64,000 bases of DNA from Candidatus Giovannonibacteria bacterium RIFOXYD1_FULL_48_21 (GCA_001778985.1 MFIU01000004.1:67067-131066); one strand, 5' to 3'; positions 53,401-61,916 are shown, counted from the stretch's first letter. Notes: generated from the letters alone by a model not told the origin. Program-made: numbers and translations.

Positions 53401-54415
53401 CCTCGGGCTTGCTTTTTTGATTTTGCCGGCGTTCCAGTTCCGGAATATTGTATGCTGTTTCTTTGTCTAAATAATCTCTCACCAGCTCGCGGTCTTGACG
53501 CCCAAGCAAGATAGCACTCGCGGAGTTTGCCCTAACAATTTCCGCCCAGTATTCCGAGGCTTTCATTAATAATTCCTTCTTTTTATCCTCGTTGCGAATG
53601 GATTCAACATATCCCGAATAATATCTGTCTTCCGATTTAACTCTCTCCAATGTCCTGTGAAGCAAATCTACGCGCTCCGGCATTGAGCGGCGGCGATTCT
53701 TCCAGTCATTCGCGTGAGCGATTTCATGCCTGAAGCTTAAGGCAAAACTGCTTTCTTGCCAGCCGTCGGGATGCTTAAAAAAAGATAATACTGTTTCGTT
53801 GCCGGCACTACTATAAGAAGCTTGGCCAACGACATTGAGGTCAGATTTCAGCCCGTAATCTTTCCTGACTTTTCCAATTTGCTCTTCTCTATCAACGAAA
53901 TTGATTTCGTTGATACTTTCTATCCAAACATGCGGAAGTGCATCTAAAATAAAATTTATCGACCTGGGATTGATGCCCATTTGTTTTGCTCTCTCGGGTG
54001 ATATATTCGGGTAATTCAAAGTCTTGTCGTGGAAGTGTTCTTTTATTTTTTCACTTTCTCCTGCAATTCCAAAATTTCTGTCTAAGTTAGCGGCTCCAAT
54101 TTTCTCTTCGACTTTCTTTGCCTTTGCAACGGTTTGGAAAAGTTCTTTTCTTTCTTTTCCATCCATTTCCCCCTCCTTTGCGGCTTTATCGGCGCGTTTA
54201 ACGTATTCCGAAACTTTTATATCCTGGTGCAGCATTTCTTCCACGTTTTTCTTCGAAAACCCTACTTGTTCAGGCGCCGCCAGCACGCCTGAAAATGCCA
54301 TGGGCAGGACTGCAGCAGAAACAGCTTTTTTAAATCTCTCGCGGATGGACAAAACCGCCTTCTCTCTATCCTCGCTTCGAGGTTCTGGTTTTTCAAAAGA
54401 AAATTTTTCCGACAT
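53378..54415 (-). CDS. putative zinc metallopeptidase (HExxH)
   Basis: 'FALSFRHEIAHANDWKNRR' HEIAH motif and an N-terminal hydrophobic signal-like segment. Confidence 0.4.
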   Translation of the reverse strand: MSEKFSFEKPEPRSEDREKAVLSIRERFKKAVSAAVLPMAFSGVLAAPEQVGFSKKNVEEMLHQDIKVSEYVKRADKAAKEGEMDGKERKELFQTVAKAKKVEEKIGAANLDRNFGIAGESEKIKEHFHDKTLNYPNISPERAKQMGINPRSINFILDALPHVWIESINEINFVDREEQIGKVRKDYGLKSDLNVVGQASYSSAGNETVLSFFKHPDGWQESSFALSFRHEIAHANDWKNRRRSMPERVDLLHRTLERVKSEDRYYSGYVESIRNEDKKKELLMKASEYWAEIVRANSASAILLGRQDRELVRDYLDKETAYNIPELERRQNQKSKPEGVREKEY

Positions 54416-54420
54416 TGAAA

Positions 54421-54495
54421 TTAAATTCCTTTATGCCTCCTCCTAATCTCCTCCTCCACTTCTTCTCTGGGGCGGGTGAACTTGGAGCGGGAGTA
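54421..54495 (-). repeat. peptide-conserving 3'-end repeat, copy A (other copies at 55669-55770 and 56943-57016)
   Basis: Core TGCCTCCTCCT(A/T)ATCTCCTCCTCNACTTCTTCTCTGGGGCGG plus a flanking ...TTGGAGCGG. On the minus strand all three copies encode SRSK(F/Y)xRPREEVEEEIRRRH(K/H)(G/A). The nucleotide differences fall mostly on synonymous positions (GTG/GTT/GTC Val and ATT/ATA Ile). Confidence 0.7.
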
Positions 54496-54502
54496 TATAA
54501 AA

Positions 54503-54754
54503 TCATTTATAAATATCTTTTCGGTGGCCAACTTTCAAAATTATAATGCGGTCGCGTTCGACATCAAAAAGTGCCCGATAGTCCCCAATATGAAAACGCC
54601 GCTCGCCGAGGCGAGGGTCTTTCAGTTCTTCGGAGAATTTAAGCGGATCTATCGCGGCGGTGTAAAAATCGAATTTGGTTATGATCCGCCTTTGAACGAT
54701 TCTTGGGAGCTTTTTAAGATCTTTGAGAGCAGCAGGTTTAAAGAAATACTTCAT
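54503..54754 (-). CDS. relE: RelE/ParE-family type II toxin
   Basis: 'RFHIGDYRALFDVERDRIIILKVGHRKDIY' is the RelE/ParE C-terminal signature. Confidence 0.7.
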   Translation of the reverse strand: MKYFFKPAALKDLKKLPRIVQRRIITKFDFYTAAIDPLKFSEELKDPRLGERRFHIGDYRALFDVERDRIIILKVGHRKDIYK

Positions 54755-54975
54755 AACCGAAGAAGTCTCTTTACTTCAGCTGCGGAGTAAAGTTTTTTCT
54801 CTTTTCGGGCTTTTATAATTTCTTTTGGAAGAATGTTTGAATTTCTCATCTCCGTATCTTCCATCAAATCCTCCAGCTTTCTCCAATCCTCCAAGGGTAT
54901 CACTACCACCGGCTCGCCGCGAAAGCGAGTCTTCTCAATTTTTTTATCAATAGTAGCGAGGTTGCGATGGGCCAT
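54751..54975 (-). CDS. type II antitoxin (RelB/Phd-like), partner of relE
   Basis: A 74 aa ORF overlapping relE by 4 nt, with 'PVVVIPLEDWRKLEDL'. Confidence 0.55.
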   Translation of the reverse strand: MAHRNLATIDKKIEKTRFRGEPVVVIPLEDWRKLEDLMEDTEMRNSNILPKEIIKARKEKKLYSAAEVKRLLRL

Positions 54976-55073
54976 GTTCCAACTCTATTCTTCTCCTGCC
55001 CAAAAGTCAAAAATCAAAATGCGCGACCCTGAGGATCGTGCGACAAGAATGAACCCTTAATTTCTGAATATTT

Positions 55074-55628
55074 CTACCTCGTTTCCCTATATTTTTCCAT
55101 TATTTCTTCGGCGCTCTTAGAAATTTCGAGATCACCTTCGGCTGCTGCGGCTTGACCAAAACTTTTTATTCCTTCCTGTAAGCCCTCCGTTTCCGTATAC
55201 GCAAGCCAATTTTTAGGGTCTTTCTCTAAAGCTGATTGAGAATATCCCAAGAGCTCAGATGCAGTATCAATCCATTCTTTTGGGGTAAAAATTCCTTTTG
55301 GAATAGAAATAGATCCTCCGCCGAATGAAATAGAAGATTCCCATTCATCTTTTCGAGTTTCCTTGTTCCAAACCTGCTTATTAATTTGATATACGCCAGG
55401 ATTTGGTATCGCTACATGACGCTCCTTGCTAGCTCTTTGCATTACCTCCTTTAATTTTTCTCGCTTCTTCGTCAAAGCTAGATAACTGAACTGGGCATTT
55501 TCTCTTGCCTCCGCCATTCTAGTCTCATGATGCATCGCCTCCAATTCCTCTAGAGTCTTGTTAGGCTTATTCTCCAACTCATAGAGCCTTCTATTAGGAT
55601 CCTCAGAATTTGGTGTTTCAAATCCCAT
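55074..55628 (-). CDS. hypothetical protein
   Basis: 184 aa, Glu/Lys-rich. Confidence 0.4.
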   Translation of the reverse strand: MGFETPNSEDPNRRLYELENKPNKTLEELEAMHHETRMAEARENAQFSYLALTKKREKLKEVMQRASKERHVAIPNPGVYQINKQVWNKETRKDEWESSISFGGGSISIPKGIFTPKEWIDTASELLGYSQSALEKDPKNWLAYTETEGLQEGIKSFGQAAAAEGDLEISKSAEEIMEKYRETR

Positions 55629-55761
55629 ATTTTATGTTTATTAGTTTAATAAAATCCTCCTGCCTAAATTATATTGCTTTTTCTGGAGTCGCGCCAGCGT
55701 GGTGCCTCCTCCTAATCTCCTCCTCAACTTCTTCTCTGGGGCGGCCGTATTTGGAGCGGTC

Positions 55762-55989
55762 TCATAAATGTTTAGAAAATTCTCCGGGTGTCACTTCGAT
55801 CTCCCGCAGAATCTGCCGCAGGAGCCCGCGGCCGATATCTTCTCCGCCGTGCCTAGGAACCAAAGTGGTTCTGCCATCCGGATGTTTAAAAAAGATATGA
55901 GAACCAACTTGACGAAAACCTCTAAAGCCGAACTTCTCTAAAACGCGCATAACATCGCGCGCCTTTAGCATCGGCAAGCGGCCTTTCAT
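55762..55989 (-). CDS. hicA: HicA-family toxin
   Basis: 'VLEKFGFRGFRQVGSHIFFKHPDGRTTLVPRHGGEDIGRGLLRQIL'. Confidence 0.7.
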   Translation of the reverse strand: MKGRLPMLKARDVMRVLEKFGFRGFRQVGSHIFFKHPDGRTTLVPRHGGEDIGRGLLRQILREIEVTPGEFSKHL

Positions 55990-55993
55990 AAAT

Positions 55994-56248
55994 TTAAACG
56001 CTTACCAACTCCACTCCCACAAAGGATGGTTCATAAGCGAAGAGTTGAATTTTCTTTCGATATTGCGGGTCGGTCTTGGCGACAGAAAGGCAAAGCTTGA
56101 TTGCCTCGCGAACGCGCCTCCTTAGCTCTTCCAGGTCTTTGGCTTGGGTATGACAGCCCGGCAAAGCCGGAACAGAAGCCACAAAGTAGCCGTCTTCATC
56201 GCGTTCAATGAGGACTTTAAATTCTTTTGGTGATATTTCTCTAGCCAT
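55994..56248 (-). CDS. hicB: HicB-family antitoxin
   Basis: 'LIERDEDGYFVASVPALPGCHTQAKDLEELRRRVREAI'. Confidence 0.7.
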   Translation of the reverse strand: MAREISPKEFKVLIERDEDGYFVASVPALPGCHTQAKDLEELRRRVREAIKLCLSVAKTDPQYRKKIQLFAYEPSFVGVELVSV

Positions 56249-56328
56249 ATTTAGAGCCTATCACGTCCAAAGTCAAAAATCAAAATGCGCGACCAGTAAG
56301 CCGCGCATTTCTTGAAAATAAATCCAGC

Positions 56329-56904
56329 CTAAAAATCAAACTCTTTTTTCTGTTTCTCTTGTGCTTCTTTTTCCAACCTTTCCCTCTTTTTGGTTATGGC
56401 CTTCCAGATTTCTTCTAACGCCTCGCTGTCTTGTTGGTCATTCCTATTAAACTTGTTAAAGTTTAATTTCAGAAGATCTTCTGTCACCTTATTTCTTAAT
56501 TTATCTTTTAATTCAAAATTATAGCCTTGCGCGGGCTGCGGAACATTTTTATAAGCAGAAATTTTTGATGCATCCAGCTTTACTTTCGCAACATTTCCGT
56601 CTCTATCTACATAATAGAAGTCATTCAGTAACCCAAAAGAGCTATCATATTTTCCTTTCATGCCTTCCAATTTCTTTTTTAAGTCCCCCGACATTTCTGG
56701 GTCCTCTAACGAAAGAAAGAACTGTTTATTCATTTTTATATACGTCCCCAAGTCGGCCACCATCTCTCCCTTTTCAAGACGCTCTCGAAGATTCTCGCGT
56801 TCCTCTTTTGTGCCAATAATAACAGCGGCGTTTTCTTCCCAGCCTTCTTTATTGATATCGGCTTTGGCTTGTTCAAATTCAGAATCTGGTTGTTCTTGGC
56901 CCAT
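56329..56904 (-). CDS. hypothetical protein
   Basis: 191 aa, acidic/Lys-rich. Confidence 0.4.
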   Translation of the reverse strand: MGQEQPDSEFEQAKADINKEGWEENAAVIIGTKEERENLRERLEKGEMVADLGTYIKMNKQFFLSLEDPEMSGDLKKKLEGMKGKYDSSFGLLNDFYYVDRDGNVAKVKLDASKISAYKNVPQPAQGYNFELKDKLRNKVTEDLLKLNFNKFNRNDQQDSEALEEIWKAITKKRERLEKEAQEKQKKEFDF

Positions 56905-56942
56905 AACCGTATCTTACAATATCGAACAAAGGATGCAAATGT

Positions 56943-59333
56943 TTATCCACCTTTATGCCTCCTCCTTATCTCCTCCTCGACTTCTTCTCTGGGGCGGCTG
57001 TACTTTGAACGGGAGAGCTGCTTAATATAATCGGCCATCTGGGGGTTGCCGGTTTCGGGCGGAATGGTTTTTATATTGAAAGGTTTTGAAGTCTGCCCGT
57101 CAATCAATAATTTTAGATAGGCGTTATAGTTATCGATATTCAGCAAGTCGTGGGCAGAGAATACGGGTTGAAACTGCTTCTCCATATACTCGCCGTCGTC
57201 CGAGCCGATTCTGAAGGAACAAATAGAACCGACGTTTCCAAAGACCGCTTTCTGAATCTCTTCCTCGAGCTGTCCGATGAACTGGTGAGTTAAAATGAGG
57301 TTCAATTTATACTTTCTCGCTTCGGAAAGTATGGTCGCGATGGACTTAGTTGTGACGTTTTGGAACTCATCGATATAAAGGTAAAAATCGGGACGTTGGG
57401 ATTCGTCAACGTTTACTCTGGATAGCGCGGCCATCAAAATTTTACCAACCATAATTAGCCCGAGGAGCGACGAGTTAAGCTCGCCTAGGCGCCCCTTGGA
57501 AAGATTCAACAGCAAAATCTTTTTATTATCCATCACCTCGCGGATATTGAAGGCGGATTTCTCCTGCGCGATGATTGGGCGCATTATTTCGTTTGCAAGA
57601 AATGTGTCGAATTTCGAGACCACATAAGGCACCATGTTCTGCAAAGCGGCCTCGCCGCCGGCTTTCTCGGCAATCTGTTTCCAGAAGGTCTCAACCACGA
57701 TATTTTTCGAGCGGGAAAGTTTGTAGTCGCGAAAGGATTTATCCGCCAAAACGCGCTCAATCTCCAAAAGGGTGTTCCCTGACTCCGGATCGTCCATCAC
57801 CAGCAAAGCGGCATTCCTGAAATACTGCTCGAACATCGGGCCTCCGGCGACTGACATATTGAAAAGCTTGTTGAAGATTTCCAAAAGCTCGTTCACTATC
57901 ATGGTTTTCTGCTCCGGACGCGCCGCATCATACTCCAGCATGTTAAGCCCCATGGGATATTGAACGTCTCCGGGGTCAAAATAAATCACGTCCTCGGCGC
58001 GCTCGCGCGGGACGAGCGCTAAAATTTTTTCGATAAGCTCTCCGTGCGGGTCAATCACCGCGACTCCCTCGCCCGCTCGTATATCCTGAATAATCATGTT
58101 CTGCATTAAGACTGATTTTCCGGTTCCGGTCTGGCCGATGGTATAAAAATGCCTGCGCCGGTCGTCTTTTTTAATCCTTACTTCCTGGGAAGTTCCGCGA
58201 AAAGCGCTCCTGCCGACTAAAATTCCCTCCTTTGGAAGATTTACGGGCGGGGCCGCCTCTCGGGCTTTTAGCATCCGCACCTGGGGTGCGGCTTTCTTGG
58301 AATACGGAAAATGATAAATGCTTGCGATTTCCTCCACGTTGAGCGGTATCGCCGTATCTTCATCAAAAAACCTGAAAGAAAAATCTTCATTTAACTTGCG
58401 AAGCCTACTTCCAAAAACGTTCCGGATTTTGAATGAATTTCCCTCGGGACTCGAGAATTGATAAAAACCGGCTTCAAATTCTTTCATAATTCGATCGGTT
58501 TCTGCGTCTGATCCGGCAGAAACAATGAGGCGAACATTCGCGTCGAAAATCATCTTGCCTGCTTTCTCCTCCAGTATCTTTACAAGCTCCTCATCGTAGA
58601 CTACGGGTTTGTTTTTTTCCTCGGGCCTCTGGCTTTTCGGTTTTTTGAAAATTTCAATTGTTTCTTCCGCCAAACTTTTTTCTCCCAGAACCTCTTTTCT
58701 TGATTTCCCCTGCTTTAACTTCTCCGTAACGCTATGTATCGACTTTTCGAGCTTTTCTGCTGAAGGCCGCAGTACAAGCTGTAGGGCGGCTCCTTCGTCG
58801 AACTCGTCAATCTTCGAGAAAGCAGAGGTTATAGTTTCAACAGGATCTGACTCTATTTTTTGATAAGTTTTCAAAGGCAGGAATTTATTTTTTTCAAGTT
58901 CCAGAATCGCACCGCGGGATATTCCGTCCGGATTAAAAATGTTGTAATCGTTTACTTTGTCTATTTTGGCTTCCGGAAATGCGCCATGCAGCTGGCCCTC
59001 GACGAGTTTTTCGAATTTTCGTGGTGCGGCCACATAAAAAAATATCTCCGCTCCGTTATTGTGCGCCGCGAGCTCCAGGGCAAAACTTTTATTCTTCATT
59101 CCGCCAAAGCCCATCAAAAACTTTTCCATCTGGGCGATGAAATTTTTTCTGGCTTCATTTGGGTTTTCCTTACCTTCCTCGCGGCTTTCCGGAACGCTCA
59201 CCAAGAAAAGCTGAAGCGAAAGGCTCGAAGATATGGCGCTTGTTCTCTTGTAGCGTAAATAAAAAAAGAGAATTACTAAAATGGGGACGAGGAGAACAAA
59301 GAAAGTCGTGAAAATAAAGGCGCCGTCATTCAT
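56943..59333 (-). CDS. membrane-anchored FtsK/TraG/VirD4-superfamily P-loop ATPase (type IV coupling-protein-like)
   Basis: An N-terminal TM helix, Walker A 'YTIGQTGTGKSVLM', Walker B 'FYLYIDEFQNV' about 275 aa downstream (T4CP-like spacing) and 'DPHGE'. Its last ~22 aa are encoded by repeat copy C. Confidence 0.6.
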   Translation of the reverse strand: MNDGAFIFTTFFVLLVPILVILFFYLRYKRTSAISSSLSLQLFLVSVPESREEGKENPNEARKNFIAQMEKFLMGFGGMKNKSFALELAAHNNGAEIFFYVAAPRKFEKLVEGQLHGAFPEAKIDKVNDYNIFNPDGISRGAILELEKNKFLPLKTYQKIESDPVETITSAFSKIDEFDEGAALQLVLRPSAEKLEKSIHSVTEKLKQGKSRKEVLGEKSLAEETIEIFKKPKSQRPEEKNKPVVYDEELVKILEEKAGKMIFDANVRLIVSAGSDAETDRIMKEFEAGFYQFSSPEGNSFKIRNVFGSRLRKLNEDFSFRFFDEDTAIPLNVEEIASIYHFPYSKKAAPQVRMLKAREAAPPVNLPKEGILVGRSAFRGTSQEVRIKKDDRRRHFYTIGQTGTGKSVLMQNMIIQDIRAGEGVAVIDPHGELIEKILALVPRERAEDVIYFDPGDVQYPMGLNMLEYDAARPEQKTMIVNELLEIFNKLFNMSVAGGPMFEQYFRNAALLVMDDPESGNTLLEIERVLADKSFRDYKLSRSKNIVVETFWKQIAEKAGGEAALQNMVPYVVSKFDTFLANEIMRPIIAQEKSAFNIREVMDNKKILLLNLSKGRLGELNSSLLGLIMVGKILMAALSRVNVDESQRPDFYLYIDEFQNVTTKSIATILSEARKYKLNLILTHQFIGQLEEEIQKAVFGNVGSICSFRIGSDDGEYMEKQFQPVFSAHDLLNIDNYNAYLKLLIDGQTSKPFNIKTIPPETGNPQMADYIKQLSRSKYSRPREEVEEEIRRRHKGG

Positions 59334-59728
59334 TTTATTTTCCTGGCCTCCAGAAGCTTTTGATAATAATAATCGGCTAAAGTGTCGTGAAATTCGTCCA
59401 AGAGATGCGGATTTTTGAGAGAATTTGCCACTTTGAGGGCCGAGGATAAATTTTTTTCAAAAGCCAGATTGATAAGTTCTTCGATTATATATTTGTGCTC
59501 TTTTTCTTTGAGCTCGGCGGCTTTGTCCTTGCTCGTCTCGTCCGGAATCGTTACTGGCGGCAAAATCGGCGGAGAAGGCTTCTCGCCGGCTCCGGCTTCG
59601 CGGAAAATCTCCCCAATCATTTCCCGCTCCTCCCTCGGCTCTTTCCCCTCTCCTGAAAGCTCTTTTTTCTTCGTCTCGAGCTGACTCTCGAGCCACTTTA
59701 TCTCTTCACGAATCTGCTCCTGCGGCAT
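59330..59728 (-). CDS. hypothetical protein
   Basis: 132 aa, overlaps the ATPase start by 4 nt. Confidence 0.4.
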   Translation of the reverse strand: MPQEQIREEIKWLESQLETKKKELSGEGKEPREEREMIGEIFREAGAGEKPSPPILPPVTIPDETSKDKAAELKEKEHKYIIEELINLAFEKNLSSALKVANSLKNPHLLDEFHDTLADYYYQKLLEARKIK

Positions 59729-59755
59729 GGTTTTATTCTAACTTCTTTAAGAATT

Positions 59756-60916
59756 CTATGGAATCAGCGAGCGCAGCCATGAAGAGAGTTTCTGGCGAAG
59801 GGCTGAAGGTTTTTTGAAAGCAGGGCTGGTTTCTTGGTCGAGCGCCAAAAGGGCCGCACCCAAGGCAGTGTGCCAGAGAGAGTCCTGAAGTTTGTGCCCG
59901 GAATCAAGCTCGCGGCATCCTCCGAGCTCGGCCGGAAGCCGGAGAGCGTTTCTGGAAAATTCTTCAAGGCCCGGAATTTTGGCCGAGCCTCCCGACAAAA
60001 CCACCCCGCCCGGCAAAAGTCCGGCGCGTCCTATTTTTTTCAGATGCGTCTGGACCAGCTCAAACATATCCTCGAGCCTGGCCTCCACGATGTTTTGAAA
60101 CTTTTTTTTGGACGTTTGAGAATCATCCGGAAGTTTCGCGGAAATTTTTATCTCCTCGGCTTTCTCCAGCGGAACTTGAAAACCAAGCGCGATATCGTTC
60201 GTGATATGCGCTCCGCCAAATGGAAAAATCGCCAGAGAATACGGAAGGTTCTCCTCAAAAACCGCGAGGTTCAAGGTCTCGGCTCCAATATCCATAATTA
60301 AAGCGCCGGCTTCGCGCTGTCTGGAGGCGAGCAAAGCTCTGGCTGTGGCGAGAGGCGCCGGAACAACGTCATCAATCGCAACTCCCGCCTCCTCCACAGC
60401 GCTAATCGCTTCGGCGAGCGGTTTTAGGAGCGAGGTTACGAATAAAACTTCTGCCTCCAAATGCTCTCCCTTGAGCCCGACTGGGTCTTTCAGGGAAAGC
60501 TCTAAATCCACGGCATAGTTCAAGCCGAAAAATTCCATCACCCCGCGGTTTTGGAGTTCGCGGGAAGAGGGCCGGGCCTGGGCCAGCACCCGGTCCACGT
60601 CGTAGGGACTGACTTCTCCAGAGGCTTGGGAGATGGCCACGCGGGAGCGCACTTTCTGAAAGCCGAGAGCCGGCGAGCCGAAAACCACGTAGGCATGCTT
60701 GAAAGGAATCCCGGAAAAGCGCCCCACCTCTTTCACGACTTCTTTTATTTTTTTGGATAGAAGGCCTGGGGTCTGAACCAAACCGCGCCTAACTCCCTCG
60801 GCCGGGACCAGGGCCGCGCCCAAAATATGCAGCCCGGTTTCTTGCGGCCTGCGCTCCGCACTCAAAGCTTTAAGGCTCGCCGAACCGATATCCAAGATAT
60901 GAACGATATTCCTCAT
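59756..60916 (-). CDS. ftsA: cell division protein FtsA
   Basis: Actin-like ATPase 'MRNIVHILDIGSASLKAL...'. The start is taken at the ATG at 60916, which overlaps the ybeY stop (ATGA). Confidence 0.85.
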   Translation of the reverse strand: MRNIVHILDIGSASLKALSAERRPQETGLHILGAALVPAEGVRRGLVQTPGLLSKKIKEVVKEVGRFSGIPFKHAYVVFGSPALGFQKVRSRVAISQASGEVSPYDVDRVLAQARPSSRELQNRGVMEFFGLNYAVDLELSLKDPVGLKGEHLEAEVLFVTSLLKPLAEAISAVEEAGVAIDDVVPAPLATARALLASRQREAGALIMDIGAETLNLAVFEENLPYSLAIFPFGGAHITNDIALGFQVPLEKAEEIKISAKLPDDSQTSKKKFQNIVEARLEDMFELVQTHLKKIGRAGLLPGGVVLSGGSAKIPGLEEFSRNALRLPAELGGCRELDSGHKLQDSLWHTALGAALLALDQETSPAFKKPSALRQKLSSWLRSLIP

Positions 60917-61215
60917 GAAAACTTTTTCTCCAAAGCCTCCATCTTGGGGCCGTGGCGAAACCCTTTTAAATGCAGAAGACCGTGCAGATACAAAGTCCAA
61001 AGGCGCTCTTTTTTTCTAGCCAGCTCGCGGTTCAAAAAAATCTGGCCTAATTTTGGCGAAAGCGCGAAAGCGAGCACATCGGCTGCCTTATTTTTACGGC
61101 GGTAAGTTTTATTCAAGCGAAGCATCGTTTTTGAATCCGCAAAAACTAAATCCAATTCGTATTTCTTTCCTAAAATTTTATCTTTGGCTTTTTTGAAATG
61201 CTGACGGGGAGGCAC
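60913..61215 (-). CDS. ybeY: endoribonuclease YbeY (short form)
   Basis: 'YLHGLLHLKGFRHGPKMEALE' matches the H-x-x-x-H...H zinc motif of YbeY. Confidence 0.65.
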   Translation of the reverse strand: MPPRQHFKKAKDKILGKKYELDLVFADSKTMLRLNKTYRRKNKAADVLAFALSPKLGQIFLNRELARKKERLWTLYLHGLLHLKGFRHGPKMEALEKKFS

Positions 61216-61216
61216 C

Positions 61217-61690
61217 TTAGCCCAAAAGCTTTTTTAAAACGGCGGAGATGCGCTCGCCCGAGGCCTTGCCTTTCAAAACCGGCATCACGGTTTTCATGAC
61301 TTGGCCGAAATCTTTCGGGCCGGAAGCGCCCGCCTTGCCGCGAGGCAGGCCCGCTTCGCGAATACCGTCTTTCAAAATCCGCTCCAGGTCTTCGTCCGAA
61401 ATCTCCGCCGGCAGGTAGACCGCCAGCAGTTCGGCTTCTCTCTTTTCTTTATCGGCGAGGTCAGCGCGGCTGGCTTTTTCAAACTCCGCGCTGGCGTCCT
61501 TGCGTTTTTTAACTTCCCCTTTCAGAACTTCCACCACTTCTTCGTCCGAAAGTCCGGTCTCTTTTTTCAAAAGCTGAATCTCCTTATTGTGAATCGCGCT
61601 CTGGGCCATCCGAAGCGCGGAAAGTTTCAACTGCTCGCTGGCTTTCAAGGCGGCGCGCAGGTCTTCTTCAATTCTCTTTTGAAGATTCAT
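61217..61690 (-). CDS. GatB/YqeY domain protein
   Basis: 157 aa, 'EEDLRAALKASEQLKLSALRMAQSAI', downstream of rpsU as in many bacteria. Confidence 0.7.
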   Translation of the reverse strand: MNLQKRIEEDLRAALKASEQLKLSALRMAQSAIHNKEIQLLKKETGLSDEEVVEVLKGEVKKRKDASAEFEKASRADLADKEKREAELLAVYLPAEISDEDLERILKDGIREAGLPRGKAGASGPKDFGQVMKTVMPVLKGKASGERISAVLKKLLG

Positions 61691-61693
61691 GAT

Positions 61694-61915
61694 TTATTCT
61701 ATTTTACCCAGCTTCCTAAGCCGCTCCATATTTTCTTGCCATTGAATCCTCTTGAGCGCTTCCTTTTTTTTCTTGAAATCGGACTTGGAACGCGCTCGAA
61801 ACTGCCGGCCCCTCGCTTCAATCAAAATTTTGGAACGCTGAATTTTTCTGGTGAAGCGCCGCAAGAGGCTTCCCACTGATTCATTTTCTCTTTTTCTAAC
61901 TCCCACACTCGCCAT
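61694..61915 (-). CDS. rpsU: 30S ribosomal protein S21
   Basis: 'VRKRENESVGSLLRRFTRKIQRSKILIEARGRQF'. Confidence 0.85.
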   Translation of the reverse strand: MASVGVRKRENESVGSLLRRFTRKIQRSKILIEARGRQFRARSKSDFKKKKEALKRIQWQENMERLRKLGKIE

Positions 61916-61916
61916 G

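Noticed and set aside
55762-55764. Genome-wide UGA recoding (as in some Patescibacteria lineages) as the explanation for the in-frame tail after hicA.
   Set aside because: groEL, ybeY and several other well-conserved genes here terminate at TGA at their expected ends. The prfB TGA frameshift site is also intact.
54421-57016. CRISPR array or integron attC interpretation of the three spaced repeats.
   Set aside because: The copies are ~1.2 kb apart with genes between them and lack a palindromic core. They also show codon-level conservation, and there is no cas gene or integrase in the window.
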